A stretch of 64,000 bases of DNA from Epithemia pelagica. Its lineage: Eukaryota; Protista; Bacillariophyta. This document shows, one piece after another, positions 56,683 through 64,000 of this stretch. Below the pieces are notes generated by a model. It had not been told where the DNA came from, did no database searches, and worked only from the letters and a program-made list of their open reading frames with translations. How positions within the stretch are numbered: position 1 is the first letter of the stretch; every line of letters starts with the position of its first letter. The position numbers and the translations under genes are program-made. The stretch lies in assembly GCA_946965045.2 (NCBI GenBank), contig OX337232.1, forward strand, positions 1,984,001-2,048,000, read 5' to 3'.

Positions 56683-58410
56683 TGAGTGAGACAACGTATA
56701 CGATTGAGGTACGGCCGCGTGCACAGTCCAACGTCGAAAGATTGTGCGGTATGCCACTGCAGGGTGACGTTGACGAGAACCAAACTCACATGTCACCTAC
56801 TTTGACCATGGTATTACTTCCATCATTCCATTCATGACAGTATGCTAAGAGCGGCCGCTCCAAGTGCAGCAAATGCAAAAGTCAAATTCCAGCAAAGACT
56901 TTGCGGATTGGGACTCATTCGCCTTCCCCTCATGGTGACTTTACCATGTCAAAATGGACAAAGGTGGATTGCTTCGTACTTCCTCGCAAGTACAAGACCG
57001 GTAAGCTTTGCAAACTGGTGCAACGCTCAGTTTCGTCGTCGACAAAGTCTTATCAGTTATTTCTCTGATCAGGCTCTAGCAAAATGTCGGTGGAAGACTT
57101 TGTCCGTGGTGTGTTGGAGGACAATACAACAGAAAAGGTTCTTTCTCATAACATTGATGACGTTATTGAGAAAATTGAGAAAGCGTCCATGTCGTCGGGC
57201 AAGGCTGGCCGTAAGAGTAGTGGCGGAGGCAAGGATTACTCAGTAAGCTCTCCAATAGCCAAAATCAAAGCTCAGTATGAGAAAGAACAAAAGGAACTTG
57301 CTGACGGAAAGGAACCGTCGTCCAAGAAAGCGAAATCCAACATGTCTGCGCTTCTAGACGCTTACGACTCTTACAAAGATGTCAAGAATGCTGAATTGCA
57401 AGACATTCTGCGATATAATCGTCAAGTTCTGAAAGGGACCAAAGACTTCTTGTTGGCAAAGGTTGTCGATGGGACTGTATATGGAAGGCTATCGCGATGT
57501 AAGCTCTGCGGTGGTCAGTTGAAGATGAAAGAGGACGGTGAAACAATTGAATGCGGTGGTTCCTTTGATGAAGACACGCAGCAACGGATTGAGTGCCCAT
57601 TTCAAAGTACAGCTGCTGACGCTCCTCGATGGAAGCCATGGTAAGTTCATACTCTGGCCCAGTACGGAAGTGATACTATCAGAAACGTTTTGCTTAGTAT
57701 CGTTCTCATCCTCCGAAAGGTACGAAACAGAACCTACAGAAGAGGAGGCAAAAGCCATGGATGACATGATTGAACAGTACAAAGAGGCAGGGGGAGTACC
57801 GTCGGCTTTACATGGCAAAAGTGAAGAGGACAATGACGCAAAGCATCTGACAAAATCTGTTGCAACGATCAGCTGGGATCTGTCGTCGAACAAAGGTATC
57901 AAATCAGCGGTGAGCGCGCTACACGAAATATTGACTGACAAAGAAAATTCAAAGAAGAAACTGGATCTTCCTGAGGATATGAAACAGGCAAAGATGAAAA
58001 TTTTGGAGGTTGTTTCGATGAATCGCGACCGGACCGCTCAAGAAATGATTCCCATCCTGGTCAAAGAGTTTGGATGGGCAGAGGCGAAAGCGGCGAAGAA
58101 GGCCCAGAAAGAAGCAGCATTGAAGGAAGCGGTTGCCTGCCCTGCAAATGCGGCCATTGTCGCGGCCCTTCAAGAACTAGGGGAATTGTATTTCAAGGAA
58201 GGAAATCGAAACGCAGGTGGTACGTATAAGAAAGCAGTTGGTGCGATTAGGGACTTGACCTTCGAAATTACCGAAAGCAATGCTAAGGGACTGGGGAAGG
58301 GGAAAACAAAGGTTGCAAATATAGGAAAAGGGACGGCCGAGAAGATTCATGAATTCGTTACTACCGGAACAATCGCAAAATTGGAAGAAAAGCGAGCTGA
58401 CGCAGCGTAG
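56683..58410 (+). CDS. zf-PARP + PADR1 + Pol X (Pol beta 8-kDa) helix-hairpin-helix domain protein; exons 56683-56709, 56841-57000, 57073-57640, 57720-58410
   Basis: Spliced IE|YAKSGRSKCSKC...RIG...KW (zf-PARP). LQDILRYNRQ...DGTVYGRLSRCKLCGG...C.G...C (PADR1). NAAIVAALQELGELY...YKKAVGAI...IGKGTAEKIHEFVTTGTIAKLEE (Pol beta N-terminal domain). All three introns are GT-AG and preserve the frame. Confidence 0.8.
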
Positions 58411-58680
58411 GAAAAGATGGGCTTTCGGATTCTATGACGATAAACTTCATGAGATACGTCATCAGGGCAACTTATTCTTAAATCATTCGAATGTTTATTA
58501 GTAAACGTGATCAAATGGATTGAACCTTACTATGAGAACATGATCGAAAATACCAGCTACTCAGAAAATGTTATGAACCCTTCAGCAGGCAGCAACGTCA
58601 CAGGAGCAATACAAGCCTAGCGAACCAAGGAACCGACAACATTTCTAAACTCTTCACACCGTATGTCCAGCATCATGTAC

Positions 58681-59940
58681 TTAGTGTTTCTTGCCACCAC
58701 GCCACGGGCTGTGATGGCTGAAAACAGGAACGAACTTGTTTATCTCGTCCTTTTGTTGCTGCAGAATACACTCAGAGATCCACACAAGATTACGAATTTC
58801 TTGTTCCTTGAGCTTGACGTAGGCGTAGAAGACAGCAAAGTGCATCTGGCTTTCAAACGCCAACTCCAACATTTGAACATCACGTTCGTAGAAACCATCA
58901 TCGATACTCTTATCGCCTCCGCCACCGGCGTGCATGTTCCAGATAGCGGAATATTGAGGGAAGAGCTCCAAAACACGGCCTAACTCTTCCTCATCTTGAA
59001 CATCGACGAGCATGGAGATTCCAGCGGGATAAAGGTGACCTACCGCTGGGTAAAGTCGCTTGCGGTCATTTGCGCGCATCGCGGGTTCGTTCAAGGGAGT
59101 TCCGAATGAGTTGAGAGTGATATTGATCGCATTGGTATCAGCGCGAACTTTCAAGAGCTCTCCCATGATTGTGGCCGTTTCTCCACCCAATTGTTCAACA
59201 AAATGAGTGAAATCCTCCAACCAATACTTGATCAACGAGGATTTAATAATTTCAATTTCAACCTCTTCCAAAACATTCCGGGCATCGGACCCTCTGTGCT
59301 GCGCACTCTCCTGTAAGAAAATTGCAAAGTATGGTCCGACAGGAGTGTCTACAAGAACAGTTTGGTAGAGATCAGCGTATCCTTTGGAGCTATTCTCGAA
59401 TGTTGGAATACTCCGCATCGTGCTCTCTTTGAACATGCCAAGAGGGTGGCATTGTTCAATAAGTTCGTTAATATCGCGACCACTCAATGCACCTTTCAAC
59501 AGAAGCATGACATTCTCGATCATGTATTCATACGTGATGAAGTCCATGAACTTTGAGAGAGGTTCGACCGTTTGCGTGCGGAGGTATTTAAACTCAGTGA
59601 CAAGCTAAAACGCGTGGTTAGAACTGCAATATCAAAACAAGCCCTTCTGACAAATTTCTACACTTCTATGCACTCCACTTTCTCTCATTTCTCTCACCTT
59701 ATCAATTGCAGCCTTTTGAAGCGACGCCGGAGTCATTGAAGCAGAATCCGCTAGGGCTTCAGCGTAGTCAGTCTCCGTAAGATTCAGACGAATATCGTCC
59801 AATGTCTCGCACTGGGTTAGATGATGATAGTCAGGATCCTGAAGAAAGGACGAGCGCATACCCCGCACTAGGGCCTCGGGCAATCCATGAAGGATGTTGA
59901 AGGTGGTAAGGTCACCAGGACTTCCCGCTTCTGGAGCCAT
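58681..59940 (-). CDS. V-type ATPase V0 subunit d; exons 59940-59698, 59604-58681
   Basis: EALVRGMRSSFL, YHHLTQCETLDDIRLNLTETDY, CHPLGMF and YAYVKLKEQEIRNLVWISECI. Confidence 0.95.
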
Positions 59941-60844
59941 GGTGAGTTCTTCCTGATGCTATTGTGTTCACGTTGGAACACTCCACAAGAGCAGCAAGAA
60001 TCAACATGGCGTTGGACAAAACACGCAACGACCCAAGGACGGCGGATGTCCGCACTCGGCAATCGCCAGAGCGCATAAGGAAAAAATTAATTGATGTATA
60101 CTTTTATGAATATATATATAAGGATCATTGTACGATTTAGTCGCATGCCCAATGATGTGCAGGCGCTATAATTCCCTCGCGGGGAGCATGACAGACAAAC
60201 TTACTACCTCTAGCTAGCTAGGGATAGTCCCCCGAGTTCAATTCTCATCGAAATTATGGATCACTGTTTGTCGAATGTTGCTCCCTAGAGAGGAGTCATC
60301 CTACTCGGCGAAGTGATTAGTCGATCAACATCACATTGATCATTTGGATATCGGATCCGATGTCACAAATTTACATGAATGGACGAAGGACGGATTTGGT
60401 GCCTCCATTCTCCGAGTCCTATTTGATTTTGTGGCGGTTTCATGTTTCATGTGTGGCAACTAAACAATTGTGATGGTTCATTGCTATCTTTCGATAGTCC
60501 CTATTTCTCGTTCATGGATTCAGCTCGATCAATTCAACATCAAGGATGAAATCTTTATCCAAAAAATAAATGATCGGTTTACTACCTAATAGTTCACCTG
60601 GATTTTGAGGAGCACGTACAAGTAAGTCGAACTTAAGTCTTCCGGTGATCTATGCAAAATGATTTCCATTGAGGCATATCAGATTTACATAAAAATGAAT
60701 AAGATACACTTGTGGGGGTCTACTAAAAGAGTTTAAACCGTAACCACAAATACGACGTATATGACTCTTCACATCTTTCTCAGGCAACACATGGAATTTC
60801 GGAAGAAACATGTACCCGAAGAGATGCTCTATCTGACCGGTTCA

Positions 60845-62241
60845 TTAGCCAGCACCGAGGAAGCCTGATCGTCGAAGGTTATCAGTCATGATAATTGTTC
60901 TCGTTGAATCCAGCACAAACTCCATGTTGTTTGTATCGGTGGCACATGTGACGTGGATAAAAGAGTCGTTAAAATCGTCATCAAGAAGGCAGTCCTTGAA
61001 TTTTTGGATAAAATATAAAACGCCACTATTGAAGTCACGCGGTGGTCCAGCGTAATCCGCAAACGGCTTTTGTTCTGCAATATCACTGTCCAATATCTTC
61101 TCGGCAAAAATATCCTTCTTGTTTAAGAAAAGCATGATGGAGGTATTCGAAAACGCTCGGTTATTGCACACAGAGCGGAACAGTTCCAACGCTTCTACCA
61201 TGCGATTAGCACGCTTTGCTTCAGCGAGTGTTTGATCATATTCGGAGAGGGCAGCAACGAAAATGACTGCATCCACATTATCAAAACAATCAATCCACTT
61301 CCGCCTTTCAGATCTTTGCCCTCCCACATCGTACATTTCAAATTCAATTCCGTCAATACGATATTTTTCCATCACAACTTGTGTCGTCTTGACACGAGCA
61401 AGAAGAATGTCTTGCTGGGTGGGTCGGAAAGTTGGGGCAGCGATTCTCGGGAGATCCTGTAAATATTCTTTGTGTCCGTCAATCACATTTACCGCAGCAC
61501 GCTTTGACCACACCTCCCTCATTGAATTTGACTTTAAACAAAAAATCATAGAGTGAGCGCTAAACTCCTGCAACATAAAACTCTCCAAGCTAGCTGCAAC
61601 AGTCAACTTACGTCCCAAAGTGTTTTTATGGGTTTCCAAAGTTGCAGGAACTGTTTGGAATCATTGTTGGCGCCAAGCCCGGCCCTGGGACTGTGCCCCA
61701 CCCAGTCACCAGCCGTATCTACTTCGGGAAGCTCTGATGGATCTGCCGTATTGTCAACCAAATGCGCAACTAGCAAATCAAACGCCTGTTTCTCCGAAAG
61801 TCCTGAAGAGTGCGGTCCATCGTCTTCCGGTTTTGGTTCGGTTGCGAGCCTACCGTCCAGTCCCAAGGACCTCATATGGGCACATAATTTCCGCATTGCG
61901 GTTATGCAATTGGAACGAACCACAACACCATACATTCGGAGGTCATCTTCCGAGCGAGGGGATCCGTGTAGGATACGCATCTGTTTAAAAATTGTAGATT
62001 TCCCTGATTCACCTGCTCCTAACAGAAGAAGCTTCACTTTTAATTCTTCCTGCTGCCTAGCTCGATCCAGATCCCGATCAATTCCGCTGGACGCCGCGGT
62101 CTCCTGCCGGTCATCGCTTTTTGCATTTGCCGTATAAGGACTACTGGCTGTGTTGTTGCGAGCTACACCCGCAGCGCCATTGCTCGTCCCTGCTTGAGGC
62201 TGAGACTCAGGGGGCGCTGGAGCTGATGCCCCACAGCCCAT
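60845..62241 (-). CDS. heterotrimeric G-protein alpha subunit; exons 62241-61612, 61531-60845
   Basis: MGCGAS lipidation start, GAGESGKST, RVKT, DVGGQRSERRKW, NKKD and TCATDT. Confidence 0.95.
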
Positions 62242-63094
62242 ATTCTTTCGATATTAATGTTTGATACGTTTATCTGCACCTTGGTTGTTTCTATATCTCC
62301 CAAGACTTGCGTGGGCAACCGGCTGCGTTGTGTTGCTGTTGGATTGGATGGTTGTTGCAAAAAAAGGGGGTACACTTTCTCCGAGACAGGAAGAGCGACG
62401 CGGCGTGCCTCGTGGTCCGGTGAGGTGCGAGTCCGATGCATGACCCCAAACCCAACAAACCCCAATCCAAATTTCGTTGAAAATCAAGATAATATCCATT
62501 TTTCTTTTGTAAAAATCTTTGCTTTTTGAGCAACACGTCTGCCGCTGCCGGAAGCGGGAATAGTTCCCGGTAAAAAAGCAAAAACGCTGACGTGAGGAGT
62601 CCCGATCCAACTACCTGTCCCACAATGTACAGTCTCGTTTTGACTGGTAACTCTCCGTTCAAGTTGGAAGTTGAATAGATTTGTACATAGCAACATAGCA
62701 ACTACACCGACAAAGAGTGAAACCATAAAGCTGGGAAGGAGCTTGCGATCAAGGGATCTGGTTTTCCGCAATGATACATGATACATGCAAAGGGCACAAG
62801 AGTTTATTGTGAAAGTCTGGCTTCCACATTGAACGAACTGGTAATATAGATCACATCCTCCCATGCCCCATGGCTACAGCCGAGTTGCTCGAGAACAACC
62901 ACATAGGAAAGTTCTTCTAAGGCTTTAGATCCTATCCATCTGTCGACACAAGGGGGTAACGAGTAACGAATGTATTAGTGACCACGTAGTCGACCTTGCT
63001 AGGCTTGTCCATTCATAGAAAGCGGTACTCGCCCTTCCGATTCAGCTTTCAACCACAAAGATCTACAGGCATGCCCCGTTCAGCCAATAAAAGG

Positions 63095-64000
63095 TCAAAA
63101 GCGTAACAACCACTTTAGAGTGATATGCCAGCGCTTGCCGTCTGCGCGAACGGTTGAAAGATCCCACACATCCACTTTTTCTAGCCACCAAAAATAGCTG
63201 ATCGGATACTTTGGAGGACTTCTTCTGCACTTGGTTGGTTGTTGAGAGAGTTCTTCTGGTTCTTGATCTTGCTCTTCTCCTTCCTCTTCATCCTCGTTGT
63301 GACCAGTCAAAGATTCTAAACGACGAAGAACTCCGTCACTGATTGATACATTCGCCAATGTGAGCGGTAGGCCCATGCCCCCGACTACAAGCCAGGACAC
63401 CAGAAAAGACACTGTAATCGGAACGAGCAAGTCAAACGAACCACCAAACCATGCCAAGGATACCAAGACCGTGCTGACAGGAAACGGAAATGCCGTAAAC
63501 GACATCGCAACAATGGCACATGAATACGTGACCAAAGGTGGGACAGCTCCCATTACGTTTTCCAACGAATGTCCCAAGCAGCATCCGGAGAAAAGAAGCG
63601 GCGTTAATGATCCACCGACCAATCCAAAGCTCGTCGAGATAGATACCCCCATAATCTTGACTAAAGCAATCAGGAGAAACCAAAATCTGTGGTTTTCATC
63701 TGATGAATCGACATATTCCTCCGGGTCAGATATTGAAGTATGATTCGTTCGTAAGGAAGTGATGGTGGTTTGAATAAAGCTTAGTCCAGACCCTGCGACT
63801 TCTGGGGCTACCACGAAAATACCCATATTGCAGAGTGCTGCCAAGATTGGAAAGGCCAGTGGTACTATCCAGTACCCCATGGTGCCACACGACATGGATA
63901 TTTGTCGACAACATGACCTTCGCAACCACCGCGAGAACGTCATCGTCGCATTTCCCATCAGAGCGAGACAGCCACCCAAAATACCAATCAAGGCTGCTAC
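63095..64000 (-). CDS. CLC-family voltage-gated chloride channel/transporter, C-terminal part (continues beyond the window; exon structure unresolved)
   Basis: EVAGSGL, LVKIMGVSISTSFGLVGGSLTPLLFSGCCLG (GGxFxP-like motif) and hydrophobic helices. Confidence 0.65.
   Translation of the reverse strand, partial: VAALIGILGGCLALMGNATMTFSRWLRRSCCRQISMSCGTMGYWIVPLAFPILAALCNMGIFVVAPEVAGSGLSFIQTTITSLRTNHTSISDPEEYVDSSDENHRFWFLLIALVKIMGVSISTSFGLVGGSLTPLLFSGCCLGHSLENVMGAVPPLVTYSCAIVAMSFTAFPFPVSTVLVSLAWFGGSFDLLVPITVSFLVSWLVVGGMGLPLTLANVSISDGVLRRLESLTGHNEDEEEGEEQDQEPEELSQQPTKCRRSPPKYPISYFWWLEKVDVWDLSTVRADGKRWHITLKWLLRF

Noticed and set aside
1-64000. tRNA or rRNA genes
   Set aside because: I recognised no cloverleaf with A/B boxes and no rRNA-like sequence by eye; a tRNAscan/Rfam run would be needed to exclude them formally.

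Overview
This is eukaryotic nuclear DNA, most likely from a pennate diatom. That inference rests on short 76-131 nt GT-AG introns, a bipartite plastid-targeted trigger factor and a Phaeodactylum-like delta-5 desaturase. Two gene-rich flanks (1.7-6.8 kb and 37-64 kb) carry ordinary host genes: an LRAT-domain protein, trigger factor, an amino acid transporter, a G8/CBM-like secreted protein, DNA polymerase alpha, a tepsin-like ENTH protein, a zf-PARP/PADR1/PolX-lyase protein, V-ATPase subunit d, G-alpha and a partial CLC channel. Between two paralogous delta-5 desaturase genes lies a ~30 kb pile of mobile DNA. From left to right it holds: a 425-bp foldback element; a complete PIF/Harbinger element (TAA TSD); a MITE; a ~2 kb block with a Nuc/Zucchini-like PLD nuclease gene and captured host-gene fragments, present twice; a DUF6729-like putative transposase; and a degenerate tyrosine-recombinase (Ngaro/DIRS-like) retrotransposon. 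The retrotransposon's recombinase gene is split by an ~11 kb insert. That insert encodes a hAT C-terminal-domain protein and an endonuclease III-like DNA glycosylase, and it contains an AcademH-like transposon with clear TIRs, a 10-bp TSD, an intact 1711-aa transposase and a truncated RecQ-like helicase. The strongest candidates for new biology are the AcademH-like element in a stramenopile, the mobile DNA-processing cargo (Nth-like glycosylase and PLD nuclease), and the asymmetric divergence of the desaturase pair. All family assignments come from recognising motifs by eye; no database searches were run.
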